64,000 nucleotides of DNA from Balanoglossus misakiensis (Eukaryota > Animalia > Hemichordata). The notes under the pieces were generated by a model that was given only the letters and a program-made list of their open reading frames with translations, ran no database searches and was not told the DNA's origin. This document shows positions 40,601-55,300 of this stretch, in pieces (position 1 is the first letter of the stretch; every line of letters begins with the position of its first letter). The stretch spans positions 17,377,500 through 17,441,499 of the forward strand of contig CM082577.2 in the NCBI GenBank assembly GCA_040954595.2, read 5' to 3'. The translations under genes and the position numbers were made by a program.

Positions 40601-43600
40601 AATTTCCATTATATGTAAAAATGGTGCTGATTATAAAAAATGCACTCTGAATGAGCTGATTTAATACAAAATTGCGTTTTATTCGTTTTTGCACCAAAAA
40701 GGTCATTTTTAGGCAAAACATTCTTTATTTTTTTAATTCGGTGACCTGATCACATATAAACAATTGCTTGTATGTTCAAAGTTTTTATGACTTTTAAAAG
40801 CAATGACACTGGCGGCATTCAACACGAAAATAACATTTTTAGCCACAATTTGGTCAAAATGGTAAATTTTTAAAAATTACAAAAAATAACTGTTTTCTAC
40901 ATTTTCGGAAATCTGATGGAGTATAGAATGCTCTTCGTATGTATATATCGATACAAATTCCACAAAAGACCGTCTAATTTGGCTCACTGCAGACAAAATT
41001 GCGTTTTACCAAATTTTCCTTAAAAATGTCATTTTTAGGAAAAATAATAAAAAAACCTTTGTTCTTCGAATTTGGTGCCCTGATCATACATGACATGTTG
41101 ATTGTATGTTAAAACTTTCGACCACTCAAAAAATGCAGAGATATTGACGGAATTCAAGAAAAAATAGCCATTTTGGCCATATTTTGACAAAAATGGTAAA
41201 TTTTTAAAAAATCATAAAAAAATTAACTCTTTTCTTCATTTTCAGAAATATTATGGAGCATGAAGTGTCGTTCTCTTGTAAAAAGTGCTGCAAATTCCAG
41301 AAAAGGCGGTATAATTTGAATCACCCAAGACGAAATTACCATTTTCGACTTTTTTTCGAAAAATTGTCTTTTTTACAAAATAAATAAGAATAAATTCTTT
41401 TCTTAGTTTCAAACGGGTAGAGATACTTTCCACACGGGTTTTCTAACATTGAATTCCCGTTCATCAACTCAGATTTCCTACAGCATCAGTCGGCTTAAAC
41501 CCTGACACTCTAGAGCAGAAACAGTTGCACACTGGTAACGTTGAACAAGTCGATTTGTCTACGGCCTGGCTCGGCTAAATCTCCGTCACAATATGACAGA
41601 CACTAGCGTACGTTAGCAACGGTGATCAAGTCAGATTTTCTACGGCATGGCTTGGATAAAGCCCCGGCACTCTAGAGCAGAAACACGCGTACAGAGACCA
41701 TGTTGATCAAGTCTGATCTCCTACGGCTTGGCTCGACTAAAACCCCGGCACACTATGACAGACACTAGCGTTCGGTAGCAACGTTGATCAAGTCAGATTT
41801 CCTACGGCATAGCTTGGCTAAAGCCCAGGCACTCTAGAGCAGAAACACGCGTACAGAGACCACGTTGATAAACTCACATTTCCTTCGGCCTGGCGCGGCT
41901 GATGCCCCGGCACTATAGGACACAGACTGGCGTAAGTTAACAACGGTAATCACGTCGGGTTTCCTACGGCCTGGCTCAGCTGAAGCCCCGGCACTCTAGA
42001 GCAGAAACAGGCGTACATTGACCACGTTGATCAAGTCAGATTTCCTACGGCGTGACTCGGCTGGTGCACCGGCTCTATATGACACAGACTGGCGTAAGTT
42101 ATCAACGGTGATTACGTCGGATTTCCTACGGCCTGGTTTAGCTGAAGCCCCGGCACTTTAGAGCGGAAACACGCGTACATTGACCACGATGATCAAGTCA
42201 GATCTCCTACGGCCTGGCTCGACTAAAACCCCGGCACACCATGACAGACACTAGCGTTCGTTAGCAACGGTGATCAAGTCGGATTTCCTTCGGCCTGGCT
42301 CTGCAAAAGACCCGACACTCTAGTACAAAGACGTTGGCTAAGTCGGGCAAACCGAAGAGGGAAAGTCACAGCGGGTCAACACTCGACATTTGTTCGGGTA
42401 GGACTGCATTATTGCCTGTCAATTTATAGAGAAAGCCCGAATTTAACCAGGGCGTTTCAAACACCGACGTTAGTTGGGGGCACGGCCTGCAGTACTGCCG
42501 GGTTAGCTGACATCGGCGTACCGCATATAATGTAGGGGGGGGGGGAAACAGAACGGTTTAATACTATATTTATTACATATCAGCTAATTTTGGACAATCA
42601 TCTAAAATCTAAATCATTTTTTCATATTTGGATATCTGATGATGTATGAAATTTCCATTATATGTAAAAATGGTGCTGATTATAAAAAATGCACTCTGAA
42701 TGAGCTGATTTAATACAAAATTGCGATTTATTCGTTTTTGCACCAAAAAGGTCATTTTTAGGCAAAACATTCTTTATCTTTTTAATTCGGTGACCTGATC
42801 ATATATAACCAATTGCTTGTATGTTCAAAGTTTTTATGACTTTTAAAAGCAGTGACACTGGCGGCATTCAACACGAAAATAACAATTTTAGCCACAATTT
42901 GGTCAAAATGGTAAATTTTTGAAAATTACAAAAAATAACTGTTTTCTACATTTTCGGAAATCTGATGGAGTATAGAATGCTCTTCGTATGTATATATCGA
43001 TACAAATTCCACAAAAGACCGTCTAATTTGGCTCACTGCAGACAAAATTGCGTTTTACCAAATTTTCCTTGAAAATGTCATTTTTAGAAAAAAAAAAAAA
43101 AACTTTGTTCTTCGAATTTGGTGCCCTGATCATATATGACATGTTGGTTGTATGTTAAAACTTTCGACCACTCAAAAAATGCAGAGATATTGACGGAATT
43201 CAAGAAAAAATAGCCATTTTGGCCATATTTTGACAAAAATGGTAAATTTTAAAAAAAATCATACAAAATTAACTCTTTTCTTCATTTTCAGAAATATTAT
43301 GGAGCATGAAGTGTCGTTCTCTTGTAAAAATTGCTGCAAATTCCAGAAAAGGCGGTATAATTTGAATCACCCAAGACAAAATTACCATTTTCGACTTTTT
43401 TTCGAAAATTGTCTTTTTTACAAAATAAATAAGAATAAATTCTTTTCTTAGTTTCAAACGGGTAGAGATACTTTCCACACGGGTTTTCTAACATTGAATT
43501 CCCGTTCATCAACTCGGATTTCCTACAGCATAAGTCGGCTTAAACCCTGACACTCTAGAGCAGAAACAGTTGCACACTGGTAACGTTGAACAAGTCGATT

Positions 43601-46600
43601 TTTCTACGGCCTGGCTCGGCTAAATCTCCGTCACAATATGACAGACACTAGCGTACGTTAGCAACGGTGATCAAGTCAGATTTTCTACGGCATGGCTTGG
43701 ATAAAGCCCCGGCACTCTAGAGCAGAAACACGCGTACAGAGACCATGTTGATCAAGTCTGATCTCCTACGGCTTGGCTCGACTAAAACCCCGGCACACTA
43801 TGACAGACACTAGCGTTCGGTAGCAACGTTGATCAAGTCAGATTTCCTACGGCATAGCTTGGCTAAAGCCCAGGCACTCTAGAGCAGAAACACGCGTACA
43901 GAGACCACGTTGATCAACTCACATTTCCTTCGGCCTGGCACGGCTGATGCCCCGGCACTATAGGACACAGACTGGCGTAAGTTAACAACGGTAATCACGT
44001 CGGGTTTCCTACGGCCTGGCTCAGCTGAAGCCCGGCACTCTAGAGCAGAAACAGGCGTACATTGACCACGTTGATCAAGTCAGATTTCCTTCGGCGTGAC
44101 TCGGCTGGTGCACCGGCTCTATATGACACAGACTGGCGTAAGTTATCAACGGTGATTACGTCGGATTTACTACGGCCTGGTTTAGCTGAAGCCCCGGCAC
44201 TTTAGAGCGGAAACACGCGTACATTGACCAAGATGATCACGTCAGATCTCCTACGGCCTGGCTCGACTAAAACCCCGGCACACCATGACAGACACTAGCG
44301 TTCGTTAGCAACGGTGATCAAGTCGGATTTCCTTCGGCCTGGCTCTGCAAAAGACCCGAAACTCTAGTACAAAGACGTTGGCTAAGTCGGGCAAACCGAA
44401 GAGGGAAAGTCACAGCGGGTCAACACTCGACATTTGTTCGGGTAGGACTGCATTATTGCCTGTCAATTTATAGAGAAAGCCCGAATTTAACCAGGGCGTT
44501 TCAAACACCGACGTTAGTTGGGGGCACGGCCTGCAGTACTGCCGGGTTAGCTGACATCGGCGTACGGCATATAATGTAGGGGGGGGGGGACAGAACGGTT
44601 CAATACTACATTTATTAGATATCAGCTAATTTTGGACAATCATTTAAAATCTAAATCATTTTTTCATATTTGGATATCTGATGATGTATGAAATTTCCAT
44701 TATATGTAAAAATGGTGCTGATTATAAAAAATGCACTCTGAATGAGCTGATTTAATACAAAATTGCGTTTTTGCACCAAAAAGGTCATTTTTAGGCAAAA
44801 CATTCTTTATTTTTTTAATTCGGTGACCTGATCATATATAAACAATTGCTTGTATGTTCAAAGTTTTTATGACTTTTAAAAGCAGTGACACTGGCGGCAT
44901 TCAACACGAAAATAACAATTTTAGCCACAATTTGGTCAAAATGGTAAATTTTTGAAAATTACAAAAAATAACTGTTTTCTACATTTTCGGAAATCTGATG
45001 GAGTATAGAATGCTCTTCGTATGTATATATCGATACAAATTCCACAAAAGACCGTCTAATTTGGCTCACTGCAGACAAAATTGCATTTTACCAAATTTTC
45101 CTTGAAAATGTCATTTTTAGAAAAAATAATAAAAAAACCTTTGTTCTTCGAATTTGGTGCCCTGATCATATATGACATGTTGATTGTATGTTAAAACTTT
45201 CGACCACTCAAAAAATGCAGAGATATTGACGGAATTCAAGAAAAAATAGCCATTTTGGCCATATTTTAACAAAAATGGTAAATTTTTAAAAAATCATAAA
45301 AAATTAACTCTTTTCTTCATTTTCAGAAATATTATGGAGCATGGAGTGTCGTTCTCTTGTAAAAAGTGCTGCAAATTCCAGAAAAGGCGGTATAATTTGA
45401 ATCACCCAAGACAAAATTACCATTTTCGACTTTTTTTCGAAAATTGTCTTTTTTACAAAATAAATAAGAATAAATTCTTTTCTTAGTTTCAAACGGGTAG
45501 AGATACTTTCCACACGGGTTTTCTAACATTGGATTCCCGTTCATCAACTCAGATTTCCTACAGCATAAGTCGGCTTAAACCCTGACACTCTAGAGCAGAA
45601 ACAGTTGCACACTGGTAACGTTGATTAAGTCGATTTTTCTACGGCCTGGCTCGGCTAAATCTCCGTCACAATATGACAGACACTAGCGTACGTTAGCAAC
45701 GGTGATCAAGTCAGATTTTCTACGGCATGGCTTGGATAAAGCCCCGGCACTCTAGAGCAGAAACACGCGTACAGAGACCATGTTGATCAAGTCTGATCTC
45801 CTACGGCTTGGCTCGACTAAAACCCCGGAACACTATGACAAACACTACCGTTCGGTAGCAACGTCGATCAAGTCAGATTTCCTACGGCATAGCTTGGCTA
45901 AAGCCCAGGCACTCTAGAGCAGAAACACGCGTACAGAGACCACGTTGATCAACTCACATTTCCTTCGGCCTGGCACGGCTGATGCCCCGGCACTATAGGA
46001 CACAGACTGGCGTAAGTTAACAACGGTAATCACGTCGGGTTTCCTACGGCCTGGCTCAGCTGAAGCCCCGGCACTCTAGAGCAGAAACAGGCGTACATTG
46101 ACCACGTTGATCAAGTCAGATTTCTTACGGCGTGACTCGGCTGGTGCACCGGCTCTATATGACACAGACTGGCGTAAGTTATCAACGGTGATTACGTCGG
46201 ATTTCCTACGGCCTGGTTTAGCTGAAGTCCCGGCACTTTAGAGCGGAAACACGCGTACATTGACCAAGATGATCACGTCAGATCTCCTACGGCCTGGCTC
46301 GACTAAAACCCCGGCACACCATGACAGACACTAGCGTTCGTTAGCAACGGTGATCAAGTCGGATTTCCTTCGGCCTGGCTCTGCAAAAGACCCGACACTC
46401 TAGTACAAAGACGTTGGCTAAGTCGGGCAAACCGAAGAGGGAAAGTCACAGCGGGTCAACACTCGACATTTGTTCGGGTAGGACTGCATTATTGCCTGTC
46501 AATTTATAGAGAAAGCCCGAATTTAACCAGGGCGTTTCAAACACCGACGTTAGTTGGGGGCACGGCCTGCAGTACTGCCGGGTTAGCTTACATCGGCGTA

Positions 46601-49289
46601 CGGCATATAATGTAGGGGGGGGGGAACAGAACGGTTCAATACTACATTTATTAGATATCAGCTAATTTTGGACAATCATCTAAAATCTAAATCATTTTTT
46701 CATATTTGGATATCTGATGATGTATGAAATTTCCATTATATGTAAAAATGGTGCTGATTATAAAAAATGCACTCTGAATGAGCTGATTTAATACAAAATT
46801 GCGTTTTTGCACCAAAAAGGTCATTTTTAGGCAAAACATTCTTTATTTTTTTTAATTCGGTGACCTGATCATATATAAACAATTGCTTGTATGTTCAAAG
46901 TTTTTATGACTTTTAAAAGCAGTGACACTGGCGGCATTCAACACGAAAATAACAATTTTAGCCACAATTTGGTCAAAATGGTAAATTTTTGAAAATTACA
47001 AAAAATAACTGTTTTCTACATTTTCGGAAATCTGATGGAGTATAGAATGCTCTTCGTATGTATATATCGATACAAATTCCACAAAAGACCGTCTAATTTG
47101 GCTCACTGCAGACAAAATTGCATTTTACCAAATTTTCCTTGAAAATGTCATTTTTAGAAAAAATAATAAAAAAACCTTTGTTCTTCGAATTTGGTGCCAT
47201 GATCATATATGACATGTTGATTGTATGTTAAAACTTTCGACCACTCAAAAAATGCAGAGATATTGACGGAATTCAAGAAAAAATAGCCATTTTGGCCATA
47301 TTTGACAAAAATTGTAAATTTTTGAAAAATCATAAAAAATTAACTCTTTTCTTCATTTTCAGAAATATTATGGAGCATGAAGTGTCGTTCTCTTGTAAAA
47401 AGTGCTGCAAATTCCAGAAAAGGCGGTATAATTTGAATCACTGAAGACAAAATTACCATTTTCGACTTTTTTTTCGAAAAATTGTCTTTTTTACAAAATA
47501 AATAAGAATAAATTCTTTTCTTAGTTTCAAACGGGTAGAGATACTTTCCACACGGGTTTTCTAACATTGAATTCCCGTTCATCAACTCAGATTTCCTACA
47601 GCATAAGTCGGCTTAAACCCTGACACTCTAGAGCAGAAACAGTTGCACACTGGTAACGTTGAACAAGTCGATTTTTCTACGGCCTGGCTCGGCTAAATCT
47701 CCGTCACAATATGACAGACACTAGCGTACGTTAGCAACGGTGATCAAGTCAGATTTTCTACGGCATGGCTTGGATAAAGCCCCGGCACTCTAGAGCAGAA
47801 ACACGCGTACAGAGACCATGTTGATCAAGTCTGATCTCCTACGGCTTGGCTCGACTAAAACCCCGGCACACTATGACAGACACTAGCGTTCGGTAGCAAC
47901 GTTGATCAAGTCAGATTTCCTACGGCATAGCTTGGCTAAAGCCCAGGCACTCTAGAGCAGAAACACGCGTACAGAGACCACGTTGATCAACTCACATTTC
48001 CTTCGGCCTGGCACGGCTGATGCCCCGGCACTATAGGACACAGACTGGCGTAAGTTAACAACGGTAATCACGTCGGGTTTCCTACGGCCTGGCTCAGCTG
48101 AAGCCCCGGCACTCTAGAGCAGAAACAGGCGTACATTGACCACGTTGATCAAGTCAGATTTCCTACGGCGTGACTCGGCTGGTGCACCGGCTCTATATGA
48201 CACAGACTGGCGTAAGTTATCAACGGTGATTACGTCGGATTTCCTACGGCCTGGTTTAGCTGAAGCCCCGGCACTTTAGAGCGGAAACACGCGTACATTG
48301 ACCAAGATGATCACGTCAGATCTCTTACGGCCTGGCTCGACTAAAACCCCGGCACACCATGACAGACACTAGCGTTCGTTAGCAACGGTGATCAAGTCGG
48401 ATTTCCTTCGGCCTGGCTCTGCAAAAGACCCGACACTCTAGTACAAAGACGTTGGCTAAGTAGGGCAAACCGAAGAGGGAAAGTCACAGCGGGTCAACAC
48501 TCGACATTTGTTCGGGTAGGACTGCATTATTGCCTGTCAATTTATAGAGAAAGCCCGAATTTAACCAGGGCGTTTCAAACACCAACATTAGTTGGGGGCA
48601 CGGCCTGCAGTACTGCCGGGTTAGCTGACATCGGCGTACGGCATATAATGTAGGGGGGGGGGAACAGAACGGTTCAATACTACATTTATTAGATATCAGC
48701 TAATTTTGGACAATCATCTAAAATCTAAATCATTTTTTCATATTTGGATATCTGATGATGTATGAAATTTCCATTATATGTAAAAATGGTGCTGATTATA
48801 AAAAAATGCACTCTGAATGAGCTGATTTAATACAAAATTGCGTTTTTGCACCAAAAAGGTCATTTTTAGGCAAAACATTCTTTATTTTTTTAATTCGGTG
48901 ACCTGATCATATATAAACAATTGCTTGTATGTTCAAAGTTTTTATGACTTTTAAAAGCAGTGACACTGGCGGCATTCAACACGAAAATAACAATTTTAGC
49001 CACAATTTGGTCAAAATGGTAAATTTTTGAAAATTACAAAAAATAACTGTTTTCTACATTTTCGGAAATCTGATGGAGTATAGAATGCTCTTCGTATGTA
49101 TATATCGATACAAATTCCACAAAAGACCGTCTAATTTGGCTCACTGCAGACAAAATTGCGTTTTAACAAATTTTCCTTGAAAATGTAATTTTTAGAAAAA
49201 ATAATAAAAAAAACCTTTGTTCTTCGAATTTGGTGCCCTGATCATATATGACATGTTGATTGTATGTTAAAACTTTCGACCACTCAAAA

Positions 49290-49335
49290 AATTTTAGCCA
49301 CAATTTGGTCAAAATGGTAAATTTTTGAAAATTAC
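49290..49335 (+). other. Inversion junction with a 46-bp templated insertion
   Basis: AATTTTAGCC...GAAAATTAC (49290-49335) is an exact copy of 48992-49037. It is placed between the truncated forward unit and the inverted arm. Confidence 0.93.
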
Positions 49336-52300
49336 GGGGTTTTAGTCGAGCCAGGCCGTAGGAGATCTGACTTGATCATCGTGGTCAATGTACGCGTGTT
49401 TCCGCTCTAAAGTGCCGGGGCTTCAGCTAAACCAGGCCGTAGGAAATCCGACGTAATCACCGTTGATAACTTACGCCAGTCTGTGTCATATAGAGCCGGT
49501 GCACCAGCCGAGTCACGCCGTAGGAAATCTGACTTGATCAACGTGGTCAATGTACGCCTGTTTCTGCTCTAGAGTGCCGGGGCTTCAGCTGAGCCAGGCC
49601 GTAGGAAACCCGACGTGATTACCGTTGTTAACTTACGCCAGTCTGTGTCCTATAGTGCCGGGGCATCAGCCGTGCCAGTCCGAAGGAAATGTGAGTTGAT
49701 CAACGTGGTCTCTGTACGCGTGTTTCTGCTCTAGAGTGCCTGGGCTTTAGCCAAGCTATGCCGTAGGAAATCTGACTTGATCAACGTTGCTACCGAACGC
49801 TAGTGTCTGTCATAGTGTGCCGGGGTTTTAGTCGAGCCAAGCCGTAGGAGATCAGACTTGATCAACATGGTCTCTGTACGCGTGTTTCTGCTCTAGAGTG
49901 CCGGGGCTTTATCCAAGCCATGCTGTAGAAAATCTGACTTGATCACCGTTGCTAACGTACGCTAGTGTCTGTCATATTGTGACGGAGATTTAGCCGAGCC
50001 AGGCCGTAGAAAATCGACTTGCTCAACGTTACCAGTGTGCAACTGTTTCTGCTCTAGAGTGTCAGGGTTTAAGCCGACTTATGCTGTAGGAAATCTGAGT
50101 TGATGAACGGGAATTCAATGTTAGAAAACCCGTGTGGAAAGTATCTCTACCCGTTTGAAACTAAGAAAAGAATTTATTCTTATTTATTTTGTAAAAAAAG
50201 ACAATTTTTCGAAAAAAAGTCGAAAATGGTAATTTTGTCTTGGGTGATTCAAATTATACCGCCTTTTCTGGAATTTGCAGCACTTTTTACAAGAGAACGA
50301 CACTTCATGCTCCATAATATTTCTGAAAATGAAGAAAAGAGTTAATTTTTTATGATTTTTTAAAAATTTACCATTTTTGTCAAAATATGGCCAAAATGGC
50401 TATTTTTTCTTGAATTCCGTCAATATCTCTGCATTTTTTGAGTGGTCGAAAGTTTTAACATACAATCAACATGTCATGTATGATCAGGGCACCAAATTCG
50501 AAGAACAAAGGTTTTTTTATTATTTTTTCTAAAAATGACATTTTTAAGGAAAATTTGGTAAAACGCAATTTTGTCTGCAGTGAGCCAAATTAGACGGTCT
50601 TTTGTGGAATTTGTATTGATATATACATACGAAGAGCATTCTATACTCCATCAGATTTCCGAAAATGTAGAAAACAGTTATTTTTTGTAATTTTCAAAAA
50701 TTTACCATTTTGACCAAATTGTGGCTAAAAATGTTATTTTCGTGTTGAATGCCGCCAGGGTCACTGCCTTTAAAAGTCATAAAAACTTTGAACATACAAG
50801 CAATTGTTTATATATGATCAGGTCACCGAATTAAAAAAATAAAGAATGTTTTGCCTAAAAATGACCTTTTTGGTGCAAAAACGCAATTTTGTATTAAATC
50901 AGCTCATTCAGAGTGCATTTTTTATAATCAGCACCATTTTTACATTTAATGGAAATTTCATACATCATCAGATATCCAAATATGAAAAAATGATTTAGAT
51001 TTTAGATGATTGTCCAAAATTAGCTGATATGTAATAAATGTAGTATTAAACCGTTCTGTTTCCCCCCCCCCCCCCCTACATTATATGCGGTACGCCGATG
51101 TCAGCTTACCCGGCAGTACTGCAGGCCGTGCCCCCAACTAACGTCGGTGTTTGAAACGCCCTGGTTAAATTCGGGCTTTCTCTATAAATTGACAGGCAAT
51201 AATGCAGTCCTACCCGAACAAATGTCGAGTGTTGACCCGCTGTGACTTTCCCTCTTCGGTTTGCCCGACTTAGCCAACGTCTTTGTACTAGAGTGTCGGG
51301 TCTTTTGCAGAGCCAGGCCGAAGGAAATCCGACTTGATCACCGTTCCTAACGAACGCTAGTGTCTGTCATGGTGTGCCGGGGTTTTAGTCGAGCCAGGCC
51401 GTAGGAGATCTGACTTGATCATCGTGGTCAATGTACGCGTGTTTCCGCTCTAAAGTGCCGGGGCTTCAGCTAAACCAGGCCGTAGGAAATCCGACGTAAT
51501 CACCGTTGATAACTTACGCCAGTCTGTGTCATATAGAGCCGGTGCACCAGCCGAGTCACGCCGTAGGAAATCTGACTTGATCAACGTGGTCAATGTACGC
51601 CTGTTTCTGCTCTAGAGTGCCGGGGCTTCAGCTGAGCCAGGCCGTAGGAAACCCGACGTGATTACCGTTGTTAACTTACGCCAGTCTGTGTCCTATAGTG
51701 CCGGGGCATCAGCCGTGCCAGGCCGAAGGAAATGTGAGTTGATCAACGTGGTCTCTGTACGCGTGTTTCTGCTCTAGAGTGCCTGGGCTTCAGCCAAGCT
51801 ATGCCGTAGGAAATCTGACTTGACCAACGTTGCTACCGAACGCTAGTGTCTGTCATAGTGTGCCGGGGTTTTAGTCGAGCCAAGCCGTAGGAGATCAGAC
51901 TTGATCAACATGGTCTCTGCACGCGTGTTTCTGCTCTAGAGTGCCGGGGCTTTATCCAAGCCATGCCGTAGAAAATCTGACTTGATCACCGTTGCTAACG
52001 TACGCTAGTGTCTGTCATATTGTGACGGAGATTTAGCCGAGCCAGGCCGTAGAAAAATCGACTTGTTCAACGTTACCAGTGTGCAACTGTTTCTGCTCTA
52101 GAGTGTCAGGGTTTAAGCCGACTTATGCTGTAGGAAATCTGAGTTGATGAACGGGAATTCAATGTTAGAAAACCCGTGTGGAAAGTATCTCTACCCGTTT
52201 GAAACTAAGAAAAGAATGTATTCTTATTTATTTTGTAGAAAAGACAATTTTTCGCAAAAAAGTCGAAATTGGTAATTTTGTCTTGGGTGATTCAAATTAT

Positions 52301-55300
52301 ACCGCCTTTTCTGGAATTTGCAGCACTTTTTACAAGAGAACGACACTTCATGCTCCATAATATTTCTGAAAATGAAGAAAAGAGATAATTTTTTATGATT
52401 TTTTAAAAATTTACCATTTTTGTCAAAATATGGCCAAAATGGCTATTTTTTCTTGAATTCCGTCAATATCTCTGCATTTTTTGAGTGGTCGAAAGTTTTA
52501 ACATACAATCAACATGTCATATATGATCAGGGCACCAAATTCGAAGAACAAAGGTTTTTTTTATTATTTTTTCTAAAAATTACATTTTCAAGGAAAATTT
52601 GTTAAAACGCAATTTTGTCTGCAGTGAGCCAAATTAGACGGTCTTTTGTGGAATTTGTATCGATATATACATACGAAGAGCATTCTATACTCCATCAGAT
52701 TTCCGAAAATGTAGAAAACAGTTATTTTTTGTAATTTTCAAAAATTTACCATTTTGACCAAATTGTGGCTAAAATTGTTATTTTCGTGTTGAATGCCGCC
52801 AGTGTCACTGCTTTTAAAAGTCATAAAAACTTTGAACATACAAGCAATTATTTATATATGATCAGGTCACCGAATTAAAAAAATAAAGAATGTTTTGCCT
52901 AAAAATGACCTTTTTGGTGCAAAAACGCAATTTTGTATTAAATCAGCTCATTCAGAGTGCATTTTTTATAATCAGCACCATTTTTACATTTAATGGAAAT
53001 TTCATACATCATCAGATATCCAAATATGAAAAAATGATTTAGATTTTAGATGATTGTCCAAAATTAGCTGATATGTAATAAATGTAGTATTAAACCGTTC
53101 TGTTTCCCCCCCCCCCCCTACATTATATGCGGTACGCCGATGTCAGCTTACCCGGCAGTACTGCAGGCCGTGCCCCCAACTAACGTCGGTGTTTGAAACG
53201 CCCTGGTTAAATTCGGGCTTTCTCTATAAATTGACAGGCAATAATGCAGTCCTACCCGAACAAATGTCGAGTGTTGACCCGCTGTGACTTTCCCTCTTCG
53301 GTTTGCCCGACTTAGCCAACGTCTTTGTACTAGAGTGTCGGGTCTTTTGCAGAGCCAGGCCGAAGGAAATCCGACTTGATCACCGTTCCTAACGAACGCT
53401 AGTGTCTGTCATGGTGTGCCGGGGTTTTAGTCGAGCCAGGCCGTAGGAGATCTGACTTGATCATCGTGGTCAATGTACGCGTGTTTCCGCTCTAAAGTGC
53501 CGGGGCTTCAGCTAAACCAGGCCGTAGGAAATCCGACGTAATCACCGTTGATAACTTACGCCAGTCTGTGTCATATAGAGCCGGTGCACCAGCCGAGTCA
53601 CGCCGTAGGAAATCTGACTTGATCAACGTGGTCAATGTACGCCTGTTTCTGCTCTAGAGTGCCGGGGCTTCAGCTGAGCCAGGCCGTAGGAAACCCGACG
53701 TGATTACCGTTGTTAACTTACGCCAGTCTGTGTCCTATAGTGCCGGGGCATCAGCCGTGCCAGGCCGAAGGAAATGTGAGTTGATCAACGTGGTCTCTGT
53801 ACGCGTGTTTCTGCTCTAGAGTGCCTGGGCTTCAGCCAAGCTATGCCGTAGGAAATCTGACTTGACCAACGTTGCTACCGAACGCTAGTGTCTGTCATAG
53901 TGTGCCGGGGTTTTAGTCGAGCCAAGCCGTAGGAGATCAGACTTGATCAACATGGTCTCTGCACGCGTGTTTCTGCTCTAGAGTGCCGGGGCTTTATCCA
54001 AGCCATGCCGTAGAAAATCTGACTTGATCACCGTTGCTAACGTACGCTAGTGTCTGTCATATTGTGACGGAGATTTAGCCGAGCCAGGCCGTAGAAAAAT
54101 CGACTTGTTCAACGTTACCAGTGTGCAACTGTTTCTGCTCTAGAGTGTCAGGGTTTAAGCCGACTTATGCTGTAGGAAATCTGAGTTGATGAACGGGAAT
54201 TCAATGTTAGAAAACCCGTGTGGAAAGTATCTCTACCCGTTTGAAACTAAGAAAAGAATGTATTCTTATTTATTTTGTAGAAAAGACAATTTTTCGCAAA
54301 AAAGTCGAAATTGGTAATTTTGTCTTGGGTGATTCAAATTATACCGCCTTTTCTGGAATTTGCAGCACTTTTTACAAGAGAACGACACTTCATGCTCCAT
54401 AATATTTCTGAAAATGAAGAAAAGAGATAATTTTTTATGATTTTTTAAAAATTTACCATTTTTGTCAAAATATGGCCAAAATGGCTATTTTTTCTTGAAT
54501 TCCGTCAATATCTCTGCATTTTTTGAGTGGTCGAAAGTTTTAACATACAATCAACATGTCATATATGATCAGGGCACCAAATTCGAAGAACAAAGGTTTT
54601 TTTTATTATTTTTTCTAAAAATTACATTTTCAAGGAAAATTTGTTAAAACGCAATTTTGTCTGCAGTGAGCCAAATTAGACGGTCTTTTGTGGAATTTGT
54701 ATCGATATATACATACGAAGAGCATTCTATACTCCATCAGATTTCCGAAAATGTAGAAAACAGTTATTTTTTGTAATTTTCAAAAATTTACCATTTTGAC
54801 CAAATTGTGGCTAAAATTGTTATTTTCGTGTTGAATGCCGCCAGTGTCACTGCTTTTAAAAGTCATAAAAACTTTGAACATACAAGCAATTATTTATATA
54901 TGATCAGGTCACCGAATTAAAAAAATAAAGAATGTTTTGCCTAAAAATGACCTTTTTGGTGCAAAAACGCAATTTTGTATTAAATCAGCTCATTCAGAGT
55001 GCATTTTTTATAATCAGCACCATTTTTACATTTAATGGAAATTTCATACATCATCAGATATCCAAATATGAAAAAATGATTTAGATTTTAGATGATTGTC
55101 CAAAATTAGCTGATATGTAATAAATGTAGTATTAAACCGTTCTGTTTCCCCCCCCCCCTACATTATATGCGGTACGCCGATGTCAGCTTACCCGGCAGTA
55201 CTGCAGGCCGTGCCCCCAACTAACGTCGGTGTTTGAAACGCCCTGGTTAAATTCGGGCTTTCTCTATAAATTGACAGGCAATAATGCAGTCCTACCCGAA

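Larger units (their letters stand above)
1..49292 (+). repeat. Tandem macrosatellite array, ~2,040-bp unit, 24 full copies plus one partial (forward orientation); probably continues left of the window
   Basis: The anchor CTTGTATGTTCAAAG recurs at 1, 1890, 3938, 5978 and onward. The same ORF-track peptide recurs at ~2,040-bp spacing (485, 2374 ... 45332). Copies differ only by scattered SNPs, homopolymer length and a few indels. Confidence 0.99.
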
